Shown here piece by piece: positions 22,896 through 36,829 of a stretch of 64,000 nucleotides of DNA (positions within the stretch are counted from its first letter, which is position 1; the number at the start of each line of letters is the position of its first letter). This DNA comes from Podarcis muralis (lineage: Eukaryota). The stretch spans positions 37,820,001-37,884,000 of the forward strand of contig NC_135657.1 of the NCBI RefSeq assembly GCF_964188315.1, in the 5' to 3' direction. The position numbers were made by a program, and so were the translations under genes. The notes under the pieces were generated by a model, which ran no database searches, was not told the origin of the DNA, and was given only the letters and a program-made list of their open reading frames with translations.

Positions 22896-25800
22896 GTGAC
22901 TAAATCTTGGTGAGCCCTAGATCTAAGTAAACCCTAGAGATCAAGAAATGATAAGCTGTCTCAAGGTGTTATCCTAAAGAAACCTACTGGGGAGTAAACC
23001 CTACAGAATACAGGGACATCCAAAGGTAAAGGGTAAATATACAGTGTTACATTGCAACTCCCCATCATCTGGATGTACACAATCCAAGTTTCATAGTCCA
23101 AACTAGATGGCTTGCTCTGATCAGTACCATCACTCCAGACTGGATTTAGAGATGCTCTCTTTGAGATTATCTCTCAATTCCCTTTATTTCCTTCACCCTA
23201 GCTCAAGTTTTCAAACCATTAGCATGCCTTATTAGAAAGGTTTCAGTCTTTTTTTAAAAAAAAGCAAAGCAAAACAAAACAAAAACCTTTCCTCTCTTCC
23301 ATGTTTGTCCTGTTCCCCGCCCCCATCACTATTATTTCCTACGATCTAGCTTGTGGGTGTGGGGAGGCTATTCAGACCAAAAACAATCTCTCACATCTGA
23401 GGCAGCTTTTTCGTTCCCTTTTTATCCAATTTCCACTTGGAACTGAAAGGGAAAAACACAAACAAAAGTGTCTACAAAGGCTTTATAATGCATCTCACTG
23501 CCTACAAAGCAGTTCAATTTGTTTTGCTTTCTCCAGAATCCTTGACATGCAACATCAGAGAATTGTGCATGGTGAGATCCACTTGTAAGCTAATGAGAAA
23601 GAGAACTGCTATTAACTTGCAGTCTGCAGCTTCATCCCAGTCGCAGTCGCCTTTCATCCCAGAGGACCTCAGCATACAAAAGTTATGTTATCACTGCAGC
23701 AGTGCTAAGGCATAGGGGTCTGCAACGCTTGTCCCCTTCTTAGCAGCACCAGGTTCCTGGACCTTCTAGGCTCTCAGCTAACAGTTTTTGCACAAGTGGA
23801 ATTTGGAAGACAGCCATCCAGCCAATAAGGTCTCCTCAACTGGTGACCCCTCTGCACACCAGCACATGTCAGTCCTTTGTACTGCATGTGTTTGCAGAAA
23901 GGAAAAGCAATATCCACGTGGCAATGGCAAACACAACTGCTGTGCAAAGCACAAAGGGACTATAAGGGTCTGGGAACTCTGGCCTCTGCCCCACAACTGA
24001 AAAATGGTGGTAGTGGAGGGGGTATTCGCAGGTCCTTTGTCCCACCTGCCTCTTTTTGCCCCAGCCAAGAATGCCAGACCCTTCTCTACTGCCAGAAGCT
24101 GAGAAACAAGTTGATAAAATGTTTCTATCTTACTATGTAATAAAAAGTAAAGAGTGTCTTCACGCTGCATGATGCTGAGAGCTTCAGCATGGCAACAGTT
24201 TTCACAGCAGCGTTGGAAGGCAGTAGTGAGCAGCCCAGGCAAGCTGTGGAAGAACAGTCACAACAGGCTGGGGAAGCTTAGTAATTGTCCTACTCTGCTG
24301 CCATCACTGCCCACCTCAATGGCACCACTATTTCATCCTTCTCCCATGAGCAGCAGTTGCTGAGAAGCTGCCCTAACCTGACATGACTCTTCCTACACAG
24401 CTTGCCTTGGTTGCCTGCTGCCTCCCCCTTCCTTGTGGGAAAAGGTCTAAAGCAAGTGGGGGGTGTCCTGGCCCCAACTCATGGGCAAAGTACTCTGACT
24501 TGGTGTAGTAATCGTGCGCCCAGCCACTTGCCCCTCCCTCACCTGTCTTTGCTTCTCCGGCTAGAGCAGGCGTCTGGAGCAAGGCTGGCAAGCCCGTTTA
24601 CTTTTCCAGAAACAGGACAAAATAGAACTGGTAAGGCTGCCACCACTCCCTCAACCCAGGGTTACCAGAAGCCACAGCTCAAGGGAGCCAGCTGTGCTCC
24701 TTTGTTACCGGCTAACCCCAAACTACAAGTTGCTTCCACAAGCTTGCAGGCAGAAATCCTTTGATATAGCACAACCAAGAAGTCTAGGTGTTGGAATTAG
24801 CCATTCCCCCGGATAGGCACACACAACCCAAGAATATTTCTTTCTTAAAATTTATTTTAAAAACATTAAAAAAATGCTAATAAGCAGACACATCATTTGG
24901 CAAATTACAAGTACAGAAAAATAAAAATGTTGCAAAGTATAGCTGACTATATACTTACTTCTATACTCTAAGGCAGAGCTAGGATAGTTAGAGTCTTTCA
25001 GGAATCCGCATACAAAGGTCGCAGAAAATCTTCAAGGCAAAAGCACAAAAGGCCGAAAAGACGGCTGCTTTGGTGGACATCAGCAGCCGGGCGATTCTTT
25101 GCGAATTGCAGAGCACACACTTTCAAACCATTCTCTAGATCTTTTATCCATAATTTGCACGTGGAATCAGAAACCCCCAAGCCCAATCAGAACCCTTGAT
25201 TACATTTGAATTCTCCAATGACCAGCTTGTGGGCTAATAATTCTAACTTGTGGCAGCTGAACCAATTAAGCCTTCAGAACCTAGATCAAGGTGTTTCCTC
25301 CCTTCCCATGGAGACTAGTGGAGCTTAGGCAGATGCACATTCCCAAGCAATCAAGGATAGATAACATTACAGAGGGTATGGTCTCATAGCTTTGGAACAC
25401 AGGTGTTATGCCTTCAATTTAGCCCGACAATTCCTTTCCCATGGTAGTCCTCTCACGCCCTTGGAGCCAACGGGCCCACAGATTAAAGCAACAGCTACTA
25501 GGGAAGTACTAACTTTACTACACTTGGCTTGGCTACTGTTAAAGGCTTTATTCCCAAATTTACTACAGTGCCTGAACATAGATCAGAACAGGTTGTACAG
25601 TTCTGAAGTTCACAACAGAACACTAAGATGTATGTAAGCTAAGATGTTGCCCCAAAACATAACTCCCACCCCCACCCTGAGTTCCTGTTTTGAAGGGGGG
25701 GCACGGTCATTTGTGTGATTGCCATCCTAAACTATGGGATTGGGCAAGCAAGCAGGAACTCCTATGAATAGGCTGGGCCTGATGGCCTTGTTGAACTGCC

Positions 25801-27599
25801 CCATCTAGTCTTAGGCACTTCCCTGGGGGTGGGGAGAACTTCAGTGCCGGAAGGTGGCATCAAGAGTCAAGTCAAGCAACTCTACCATGGCAGTTGGGGC
25901 ATTTGATGACACTGAGGCAGGATTCTGGGTCCCTCTTCAACATCTAGAGCAGTGCCTCCTGGACCATAAGGTCCTCCCTAGGATATGGTTCTATATCCCA
26001 TTTCTTCTTCCCTTCTGACCAGCCCTGCCAAGACATCCCCATGATGCTCATTGCTGGAGGTTCCTCCATGGCTTGCCTGGGAGAAGGTCTAAGGGGAGAG
26101 GAGGCATCTCTCACTCCTTCAGGCCTTTCAAGCCTTTCCTTCCCTCCAAGTATGAGCACTCTGATAATGCTCAGAGGGACCTGCTTGATGCCGGCAGCAG
26201 TTTTGTGATCTGTAGCAGCAGATGATTGACTAATGGGAAGATATATAAATAACCTGCAAGCAAATCAGGATAAATGCTCATTGACATATAACCACCCCAC
26301 AAACAAATCAGAACAAATGCTCCATTAAAACTGGATATCATCTAACTTCCATGTAAGCTTTGTGCAAGCAAATGAGAATGCTCAGTAAAGAGGTCACCTA
26401 GAGAGGCCCTAAGACAATGCTATCTGTCGGCATGCAGAGGGCCGCATGTGACACGCAATAGTTCCATGTCTGCTCCTTAAGGTGGAATGTAAATCTCAAC
26501 ACTATCAAGTGGCATTTTATTTGTCTATTAAGGGCTTCACCCCTGCTCACTTTGCTCAACAACCCCACTTACCCGCTTATCAAACCCCACAAACATCTCA
26601 CCCAACTGCCCACTCCCCATCACTCAACAGCCCCCTGCAGCTCCCCTCTTCAATTAGACCTTCCCCTTTCCACCTCATGCTGCTTTTATCACACACATTT
26701 CAAAACATTTGCTGTCACTTTCCAGACTGAAAAAGTCTGATTCTCTTTTTAAGTGGTTTTGTTGCACTAGGGTGAGAGCCCTGTAATTCACTTTAAATGA
26801 AAAAATTAAAGTTCCAGTGTGTGCTTGAAGCCCTTCTGCAAAATAGTGACCGTCTGGAGGCACCCATGAAGAGCATAAGCACAGAGACATCTGAGAGATA
26901 GAGCTTTGATCAGCCAACACCAGGAGTCCACAACTCTATTACCTTTAGTACTTCTGTAAATACAAGTGTAATTAGGAAACATCAAATTAGGAATCATTAA
27001 GTAATTGACATGACCAATAGCTCTTGAAGGGACTACACCAGATTGTGTAAAGCGCTATTGCCTTTGATCAATTCTGAAACAACCTCTGTTAATTTCGCCA
27101 TCACCATTTTCTTTGTTCTCAAGGTGATGCTGTAAAGGATGAATAAGGGACACGTCAGGTCACATTGAAAGCCAGAATCAAATTTCAGGAAAGGGTTCTT
27201 GTTGCAATGCAATTCAAGTAATGCTTTTTATCCCATGCACATTAAATTAACTTTCAAATACTACAGACAACCAGAGGCATTCATAGTACTTGGTGGCTAC
27301 TTGGAAATTCCAGATTCTTCTTGTCAATTGTTGAATGGCACTTTTTTTACTAGTAAACAAGAGTTCAGAGTTCTAAATCCACTACAGTGGGCATGAGCTC
27401 TGCAGATTTGGGTTCAAAATCCAACTTACCTATTGGCTCACTGAGTTCATTGCTGTCCACTTTAGCTCTAGATTTTTAATACTTACCTGAGCATTGGAAT
27501 ATGGAGCATAAAGGATTACCTAAGCCCTTATATCCCGGTTGAGTCACTACTGGAAGAATGTTGCTATCTGTCTCCTGTGTCAATGAGGCCTACTTGGTA

Positions 27600-27830
27600 T
27601 TGACAAGAAATTGAGCATTTAGCGTGGCCAGTCAAGCAATGTGGAATGCCCTCCTGATGGAAATCCACCAAGTATCCTCACTTCCTATTTTTAGACATCT
27701 TTTGAAGATGAGCCTTCACAGTTGGATGAATTCTATAGACTGGTCAGCTGTTATTATGTTTTCTGCTTTTGTATTTTCCTTACAATCTTATATTTGCTAT
27801 ATACTGCTTAGACTGCTTAGACATTTTGAC
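27600..27830 (+). mobile_element. Old L2 3' fragment
   Basis: tgtggaatgccctcctgatggaaatc...ttttagacatcttttgaag resembles the L2 C-terminus LWNALP..I.. Confidence 0.55.
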
Positions 27831-28050
27831 AACATACAATTTTTTAAAAAAATAAAAAAAAATAACCTTTTAATGCTTCAAAAGTCTTCCAAGGAACAGA
27901 ACATTTTATTTCTATAGACCTTGACAACTTTTTAAACTAGGTAAATGACCATGATTGGCCCCATCTTTAGATCCCAGCCAGGTAATATAATAAATCAGCA
28001 AGCTAACAAACCAACCCTCTCTTTCTCTCTCTCTCTCTATATACGGAATA

Positions 28051-28778
28051 TAGTGGTACCTCAGGTTAAGAACTTACCGTATTTTTCGCCCCGTAGGGCG
28101 CACCGGCCCATAGGGCGCACCTAGTTTTTTTGGGGGGGAATAAAGGATAAAAAAAAATTTTCCCCCCCAGGCGCGGGGCTGGGGCGGGGGAAGCCTAAGC
28201 TTCCCCTGACCCCAGCCCCCAGAACAGGTTGCTATCCGCAAGCCGTCGGAGAGCTGCGCAACTTTGCGCAGCTCTCCCACGGCTTGCAGAGAGCCACGCG
28301 AAGCCCAAAGCCTGGGGGGCGCTGAGCTCAGCGCGCCCCAGGCTTCTGGGTGCAGGCAGCTCTCCGCAAGCTGTGGGAGAGCTGCGCGAAGTCGTGCAGC
28401 TCTCCCACGGCTTGCGGATAGCTTCCTGAAGCCTGGAGAGCGAGAGGGGTTGGTGCGCACCAACCCCTCTCACTCTCCAGGCTTCAGTGAAAGCCTGCAT
28501 TTGCCCCATAGGACGCACACACATTTCCCCTTCATTTTTGGAGGGGAAAAAGGAAGTCCTATAGGGCGAAAAATACGGTAATTCATTCCAGAGGTCCGTT
28601 CTTAACCTGAGACACCACTTTAGCTAATGGGGCCTCCCGCTGCCGCTGCGCCGCTGCCACACAGTTTCTGTTCTCAACCTGAAGCCAAGTTCTTAACCCG
28701 AGGTACTATTTCTGGGTTAACGGAGTCTCTAACCTGAAGCGTCTGTAACCTGAAGCATATGTAACCCGAGGTACCACT

Positions 28779-28779
<1 letters not shown>
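28051..28779. mobile_element. pogo/Tigger-like MITE containing a nested Tc2-like MITE
   Basis: ta+tagtggtacctcaggtt ... aacccgaggtaccactg+ta; halves rejoin at aagaacttaattc. Confidence 0.88.
28077..28578. mobile_element. Tc1/mariner superfamily (Tc2-like, CCGTA-ended) MITE
   Basis: TIRs ccgtatttttcgccc / gggcgaaaaatacgg; TA TSD (28075-76, 28579-80); GC-rich internal inverted repeats. Confidence 0.88.

Positions 28780-28817
<38 letters not shown>
28780..28817. repeat. (TAA)n microsatellite at the MITE TA target
   Basis: Direct run. Confidence 0.95.
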
Positions 28818-28818
<1 letters not shown>

Positions 28819-29574
28819 ATCTGTTTCACCACATCCTTTAAAAGTAAGCCCAACCAGGACATACACACAGAATTGTCTGAAAACATCCATGCGCCTTCCT
28901 AGGGAAAGGAGTTCCATAGGGCAAGCTTCTATCGAATGGGTCAGTAGACTTAAAGATTCAAGCTACTTCTTATCTTAATAGAGCATAAAACAAAGCAAAA
29001 GCTCTGTTTAAGGCACGAAAGATCCATATCCTATGCAAATACATAAAAATGACCAGACTTAGCAATTTTTTTTTTACCCAAAGAAAAACTCTAAAGCTTG
29101 CATACTGTGTTTTGAACCCCAGTTGGTCCAAATAAAACATACAAACTCATTTGCTCTATAGCAAATGGTTAACAACTTCCAGGCGATTGCAGCAAGGGGT
29201 CACAAGCAAATTTAGCAGACTTTATCTGGTTGCCCATCTCCACTTACCAGAAACAGGTATAAAGATTTGCTTGGGTGCATACTCAAGATCACTTTATTCA
29301 GATTAATTACTTGTCAACACTCCATTTGTTATTACAGGAAGGATGGGATCTGGTTCCCCAAATACATGTTAAGAACTTGATGGCTGTAACATCAAATGAG
29401 GATTTGATGTGTAACAACCTGTTCCACCAATGGTACTTTTTAATCACCTTAAATGCAATGCTTTTCAGTGGGAGGGTCTGTCCATGCATTGAACTGTGAG
29501 TTATCATAGATACTGTACTCAGAATCAAAGGTACTCAAGATAAATCAAGTGTGGAAGTCAAGAGACTATGTGAA

Positions 29575-30280
29575 ACAAGGGATGAAGAGAAGAGCTACCA
29601 GAATGCTCAAGGGTTTGGAAAAACTCCCCGATGAGAAAAGGTTACAACATTTGGGCCTTTTTAGTTTAGAAAAAAAAGGCAAGAAAGGGAGGACATGATT
29701 AATGAATAGAGAGAGATGATAGAAGCTTCGCCCCCCCCCCCTTTCTTATAATACCAGAACCTGGGGATCATCCAACAAAGCAGAATGTTGGAAGATTCAG
29801 GATTGACAAAAGGAAATGCTTCTTCACGCAGCACATAGTTCAGCTATGGAATTCATTACTACAAGATGCAGTGAAAGCTGCCAACTTTCATAGAATCATA
29901 GAATTGTAGAGTTGGACGGTACCATGAGGGTCATCTAATCCAACCCCCTGAAATGCTGGAATCTTTTGCCCAATATGGGGCTCAAACCCACAACCCTGAG
30001 ATTAAGAGTCTCACACTCTACCAACTGAGCTATCCCAGTCTTCTAACTGTGATTGCTTTAAAAGGGGGTTAGACAAATTCATGGAGGATAAGGCTACCAG
30101 TGGCTACTGCTTATGATGAATATACTGTGTGTTACCTCCATATCAGAGGGAATAACAAGTGAGAGAGGGCACATATCCTTCTTGCAGGCTTCCCATAAGC
30201 ATCTGGTTGGCCATTGTGAAAACAGGATGCTGTATTAGATACAACTTTGGTTGGACCCAGCAGGGCTTTTCATATATTCC
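29575..30280 (+). mobile_element. CR1 LINE 3' region, degenerate, interrupted by a tRNA-Lys SINE
   Basis: agagctaccagaatgctcaagggtttggaa...tttagtttagaaaa...gattcaggattgacaaaaggaaatgcttcttcac...ttagacaaattcatggagg are typical CR1 ORF2 end and 3'UTR motifs. Confidence 0.8.
29888..30038 (-). mobile_element. tRNA-Lys(CTT)-like-headed SINE with CR1-type tail
   Basis: Minus strand gggatagctcagttggtagagtgtgagactcttaatctcagggttgtgggtttgagcccca..., then ...ccaactctacaattctatgattctatga. Confidence 0.85.
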
Positions 30281-31826
30281 TGTATTCTGGTGATGACTAT
30301 TATTCCAGTTTAATTATCCAGAATAAAAGCATGCAGTTTTGAGTATGGAGTGTGTGTGTGCGCCCTACCTGAAGATACCAGGGACCCTTTGCATGTAAAG
30401 CATGTGCTCCACAGCTGAGCTCCAATGCTTCATAGAAAACAGGGAACAAATTACTCCACTGATTAACACGGAGGAAATATTCAGACAAATGCTGTGCTTT
30501 CTAAGTCTTTTATTCAGGGATGGTAGCCCCTAATTTGCCACTTTCTTTGCAGCATGGAGGAAGTCAGAAAAATAATGCTCTCTTTCCTCATTGCATTTAC
30601 TGCTGAATGCCACCTGTAGCATGTAGCTCCTAATTACAGGAGCCTCTGGGGAATTAAATGGTTTCTCTACTTAATGGAATAGCACTATTAATATGTCAAT
30701 ACCCAGATGATATATATAATGCATTATATTGAAATCAATCAATAGGCGGTCCTTCATTTCCCCAATCCACCTGCCTAATAAAGGAAAATGTTACTGCCCA
30801 AGACCACAAATTCATGTTATTAGTTTGCTTTTCCTCCCATCTTTGGCTTAAGGGAATAGCTCGTTGTTATGTGCTCCCTGTTGTCTCAGCTGTGGAACCT
30901 GTGCATGTGTGTGTATGCACATAATACGTATGTTGGTTACCTTTGATGCAAAGAGGACTGGGGACCTTAGTATCTTTGTGACAATCTGTTTAAATTACAG
31001 CACATGAAGCAAGCATTATGCTTTCCACATGGAGGTACCCAGAGCACATGGGACAAAGAAAGCGGGAGACACAGCATATGGGGAACAGGATGTTTGTAGG
31101 GAATTGCTGCTGCTCCCGCTTTTTCACCACATCCAGATCAGAACCTTTTGGAGTTGGCAAGTTTGTTTTCTGTTTTGTCTAGCTTGGGCAGGCTTATTAA
31201 CTATGAACCCCAAAATTTGGGATCCCCTCCCAATCTGCAGCATTTTGCAGTGAAAACCCAGAATTTTGCAGCACCCCACAAACTGAGTAATTGATATATC
31301 AAACACAGGGTTTGTGGTTAACACTCAAAAATCAAACAGTGTCCAAATCACTTCAAACCAGTGCCAAAGTTTGGCAATAGATTTGCAGTGAAAACCCCAC
31401 ATTTTGCAGCACCCCACAGACTAAATAAATGTGATCCCAAGAGACCATGAATGTAAACATCACCCTTCCCTGGGTGTTGTAATGAGGCTGATCCAAACCT
31501 CCTGCCGTGCTCCCTTTACTAAAAGTGAGATATTTAGTTTGTCCTTTTTCTGAGAGTAACTCCTATTGAACACTATAGGGCTTGCTTTGGGGTAGATACG
31601 CATCAGCTAGCTCCGTAAATTATTTTGTTGGGCTGTTGAAGACTCACATTACAGCCCCTGAGTTACCCATTGCCTGGTCTTCCTAATAGCTGATTAAAAA
31701 ATAATTGCTAGGTGCCTAATAGTTCACCAAATGCTCATCTCCACTGAAAGCAGCAAGAGGCTCAGCATTTGCCTCCAGCCCTAAACTGCTGTTTACGAGC
31801 CCACAAAGTGTGCAATGTAGGTTCTG

Positions 31827-31827
<1 letters not shown>

Positions 31828-31868
<41 letters not shown>
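31828..31868. repeat. (ATT)n microsatellite
   Basis: Direct run. Confidence 0.95.
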
Positions 31869-31869
<1 letters not shown>

Positions 31870-32837
31870 AGTCTAAAAGTGATTACCAAATTGTGTTGAG
31901 ATAGATTAGGTATTAATACAATGAGAAACATTAAGAACACTAACAGTGTGGATATGAAGAATTAAGAATACGTAAAGGAAAAAGGAAATTCAGCTAAATG
32001 GAGATGAAATATCCAACAGTAGTCAGAGTAGCCCCATTGAAATGAATGGAGATAGCTAACTTAGGCCCACTAATTTCAGTGGGTTTACTCTGAGTAAAAC
32101 TTAGCAGGATACAACCCTTTTAACTAAGTAAGATTTGTAAGACTTATTTGAAAAATATTTAGTGACATTAAAGAGGCACTAAAGAAAGCTATCACCATGC
32201 ACAAGAAGCTAGTTCCTCTTAATACACAACATCGGTTTATTTAGTAACTTGCTAATAAAAGGTGAAGAATTATCGAATTATAAGGAGAGAAAGGGAATAA
32301 GGGAACCAACACATCTGTCCATACTTCAACCTACTTTACTCTTCTTGCCTATTCCTCTAATGTTTCATATTAGCATAAAACCTCTAAAACCAATAATTTG
32401 TCTAATGTACTGAATTGCCAGAACATACCTATTTAGATTTTTCCTAATTTTCAGAATCATTCTCCATATCATGTCCATCTTAGAGGGACTTTGACTACTT
32501 TTCTACAATCCTGCATACTCAGTTTTTGCAGAATATCTTCCACTGTCTTTAACAAAATATTACTATCAGGCACAACAGAAAATGCCACCTCCACCCCAAC
32601 CCCACCACTGAGCCTGCCTGCCGCCAGAGGCATGCAGATGCAGAGAAGGAGGTGCACAGTTGCAAAAGGGCAGGTGGGTGTGGAGGAGGCGGTGGCAAGC
32701 AGTGGCAGAGGCTGGATCTGCCACCTGAGGTGACCCCATCACCTTGCATCATGGTCAGCCTGGAAATGGCCCATTTCTGCTTTATATCTATTAATCATAT
32801 CCCAATTTTTCCAAAATTTAGCAGCTTTTTTTTACAC

Positions 32838-33108
32838 TGAGCTCCCGTTACTCGGTCCCTGCTCCTGCCAACCTAGCAGTTCGAAAGCACGTCAAAGTGC
32901 AAGTAGATAAATAGGTACCGCTCCAGTGGGAAGGTAAATGGCATTTCCATGTGCTGCTCTGGTTCGCCAGAAGCGGCTTAGTCATGCTGGCCACATGACC
33001 CAGAAGCTGTACGCTGGCTCCCTCGGCCAATAAAGCAAGATGAGCGCCGCAACCCCAGAGTCGGCCACGACTGGACCTAATGGTCAGGGGTCCCTTTACC
33101 TTTACCTT
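32838..33108 (+). mobile_element. 5'-truncated Sauria SINE (same subfamily as 15406)
   Basis: gagctcccgttactcggtccctgctcctgccaacctagcagttcgaaagc...ggtccctttacctttacc; ttttaca on both flanks. Confidence 0.92.
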
Positions 33109-34205
33109 TTACATAGATGTGTAAAAAGCTAGCAGGGAGGGAGGAATTGGGGAGGTAATGATACCTTTATATTTGCTGTTTTCAGTTTGAATTTGGAAGG
33201 AAACCTTGGTCTTTAGATACTTATTGGCAGGTAGAGTCCTGTGGTTGAGGATCTGAATATGAGTTATTGAATGGACAGGTGAGAAGACATGGTAATACTA
33301 TGCTAGTTGTTTTCTACCAATCATGTAATTCCTGCCTCTCCCACATGAGCTTTGGAAACAATGTATGATTTGAGTCTTCTCAAAGCCAAGGATGCTGGAA
33401 CTGTGAGTCCTTCCTGTGAAATACAACTTTCTTATCAGGCATTCCCAAAAGAATCTTGCTGACAGAACCTTTGGGCCCAGAGGAAGACAGAAGTAAAGAT
33501 AATAAGCATAGGTAAACAGTGAAAAGCTCACATTTAATCTCCTGATTATGATAACTGGAAATTGGGGCCGCAACTGTGACTTCATGGACTTCCAAGAGGC
33601 TCTGTGGTAAACAACCTGGTTAAAAGCCTAATAACGTGATTGGAGAGAATCTGTGGTTTGAGGGAAGCTACAGACAAGCAATTAATTTGGCTTACATTAT
33701 TAGAATCTAAGATACAAATAAAGTAATGCCATCATTTGAATCAATTTCTTTTTGAAAGTATTTGCAAACTTTAAAGATCCACAATACTTTTCCAGGAGAA
33801 AGGAAGCCATCTTTTTGCCCATTTACATGGTTGTTTACCAATTTTAATTTTACAAAAGAAACATTAGGCAGCACTCCTGTGTAAACTTCCTTAAGATTGA
33901 ATCCCACTAGTAGCAGAAGGACTTACTTCTGTGTAAACATGCATAAGATTGGACTATAAGTCATCTCTCATTGGATGATTTTAAAGGATAACTGTCTTGG
34001 GGTGTAATCTTATATTCACTCACCTGAACATAGTGAGCTCCATTGAATTCAATGGAAATTATTTCTGACTTAAAACAGCATAGGATTGTGCTGTTAGTTT
34101 GTTTTAAAAATATCAAGAAAAAATATTGGGTCACCTCGAGGACTTAAAGTTATTATGACATACATCAGATGCATGAGGTGCTATCCTCACTTGGCAGATA
34201 CACAA

Positions 34206-34241
<36 letters not shown>

Positions 34242-34896
34242 CGGCACAGAGAAGAAAAATGTGCAAATATGGGTGCCAAATGAAATGGTGCCATTAGTGA
34301 AAGTAATATACAAAAACATATTAGGGGAAATTGCTTTGCAAAAATGTGTACATTACCTAAAATTACACAGAGAAGTGTTTGTATTAGGAGAAATTTGTAG
34401 TAAAATGCTGGTGAATTTTCATGATGATTTTTTTAAAAATTGAAAATAGAGATCTGGAGAACTGAAATTAGGTTTGAAAAACTGAAAAACCTAAACTGAC
34501 AGAGCCATCCATCCCTGAATGATGTTTTTCTTGCTCTGCTAATTTAACACCTGAAGTCAACAGAGTCAGTTGTGTCCGATCAGAATAGAGTGAAATGAAT
34601 TGATGCATTCTAGCTCAGCACTTCATACTGGAACCTCCCTTTAAAGGCTTCTCTCTTTTTTGTCAAAATATGGAAAGTTTCAGGGCAGCAGCATAGTGTC
34701 CTGGAAGTCAGAAATGTGTCAATTTATTTCCTTACACAAAGACAGAACGGTTTGTCCTCGGTAAAAAAATCTGAAGGGGTACCACTGGCTTGTGGTGACA
34801 TATACACCTCTAGATGATGTGTTACTTCATCTCATCTCTAGAACTCTTGACAATCCCTGCCAACCAAAATCACAGCTAGGGATTAAAAGGTTAAAC

Positions 34897-35176
34897 CAGG
34901 GGTCGGCAACCTAAGGCCCATGGGCCACAAGCAACCCACGGGGGTCGTTTTACCAGCCCACGAGCCACTCCCGAACTGAGCCGCCCAATCAGCGAGTCCC
35001 CGTGCGCTGCACTAAACTGGCGCAGTGCAGCACAGGGACTCGCTTTCGCGCCGAAAACTGCGCCTACGCAGACACCAGAAATCACGCGCATGCGCACTCA
35101 CATGTGCCTGCGATCCAGCCCACGGAGGGGGCTCCACAGCAGTGAACTGGCCCAGGCAAAGTAAGCCTTACCCCTG
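34897..35176. mobile_element. hAT (Charlie-like) MITE
   Basis: Left TIR caggggtcggcaac, degenerate right end ...ttacccctg; ggttaaac flanks both sides (34889-96, 35178-85). Confidence 0.8.
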
Positions 35177-36361
35177 GGGTTAAACCACCCCAAGTGCTGA
35201 ATCCTAATTACAATAGTCACTCCATGACTGTAATTAAATTTAAAACCATAGATGTAACAGCACACTATGCATTTCACATAACGTGTCATTTGGCCCTTCA
35301 AAGTTGGACACAAAAGGTATCTGAGTTTTAATTAGCCGTCAATTGTGCCTGGGTCATGCTCATTTAAACAGCTTGCTGCTCCTTCACTCAGCATGCCATG
35401 TATAATAATGATAGCACTTATATATTGCTTTGGAGACTTCAAAGTATTTCAACAGTCCCATAAGGTAGCTTGCCATTTACATGCAGCTCCCCCCCCCCGC
35501 CAAAATAAAATTCCCTTGAGGCCTTTGGCACATCTCACTATACCTTTCTGTAAGTAAGCCCATGTCTGCAAGTAAGCCCTTTGGGACAGAGACCTGTTCT
35601 CTCACTCTTTGTAAAGTGCTATGTACATGCATGGTGACAAAAAAAACCAAACACCTTTCAGTTTAACATGTTGTGCTAAGGGTTTTTCTTGCTCGCTCAA
35701 ACTTCAAAATGCTGAGAAATTATTTCCCATTCAATAATCCTTTCAAGCTTGTTGTGGTGTACTCAAAGGTTTACCGTACTTTAAAAGGGGAGGGGGAGGC
35801 TGTCTTTATAAGACATGATAACCAATATTCCTTGATTGACTAGTATTTTATCTTATGAGCCTGATCTCTATCTTTCTCCCGGGACCGTCATTTCTCTCAT
35901 CTAATTAAACACAGACATTTTTGAAGCACAACTGCATCTTCTACTTTATTACAAAACTGTATGCAACTCTGCTGGCCTAATAGTCGCCCCCCCTCCCCCA
36001 TTTTAGCAACATTTTTTAAAATGGAGGTTTAAATATTGTAACAGGCCCTTCGCATCACAGGTCTTTCCTCTAGCGGCTACAAATGTGCAAGCAATTAGCT
36101 AAAGAAAAAGAATAAGAATATAACCCATTTTTCTCAAGAATGCTTCATACATTATTGCATTTGAATCGATCCCAAGCACAAAAAACAAACATATAGCCTC
36201 CCTTATGAGTGGCATGAACGCTAACGTTCCAAGGGATTTCCATATATCTTGCAAGCAAAACCTGACAAGGTCCCCAGTTTAAACTGAGAACAGTAAGGTC
36301 TAAAGCTATGGGTCTAGCAAGTTACCATTTTTTCCTAAAGCTAACATTGTTTTTAACACTC

Positions 36362-36479
36362 GATTGGAAGCCGCCCAGAGTAATAATTTAGCCGCCCAGT
36401 AATAATAATTTATTATTTATACTCAGCCAGATGGGCAGGGTATAAATAATAAATTGTTGTTGTTGTTGTTGTTGTTGTT
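36362..36479 (+). mobile_element. Rearranged L2 3' end with (GTT)n tail
   Basis: gaagccgcccag...cagccagatgggcagggtataaataataaatt, then (GTT)n. Confidence 0.75.
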
Positions 36480-36771
36480 ACCATGAGGATTAAACCTTCT
36501 TTTCTGCATTTTGTGGTCCCAGTGAAAATCAAAGGTCCTTGGGCCTAGGATTCTTTTTTTTAAAAAAAAATCCACTGCTGGGGCTTCTAGTCATGATATT
36601 AATGTCTAGTTTGGCTTGCAGACACAGCCTAGTGAACTAGCTGGGGCCAGCCAAGCCCTACCATGAAGTAGAGTGAGGCAGCCACCTCATGCCGCTGATT
36701 TATGGTGTGATAAGACAGAATTGTTAGTTAGTAATTTCGTTGTCCCCGAGAGGGGGCAATGACAATAAAGA

Positions 36772-36772
<1 letters not shown>

Positions 36773-36829
<57 letters not shown>
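36773..36829. repeat. (ATT)n microsatellite
   Basis: Direct run; source of the poly-Leu ORF at 36759. Confidence 0.95.

Noticed and set aside
23740-24850. Possible LTR or DIRS-like region with 120-154 aa ORFs
   Set aside because: No TG...CA ends with TSD and no protein motif could be established
29960-30038. tRNA genes (Lys here; also 63170-63249, 18240-18313, 47145-47215)
   Set aside because: Stems are degenerate, there is no T-run terminator, and each is fused to a SINE body or CR1 tail, so they are SINE heads
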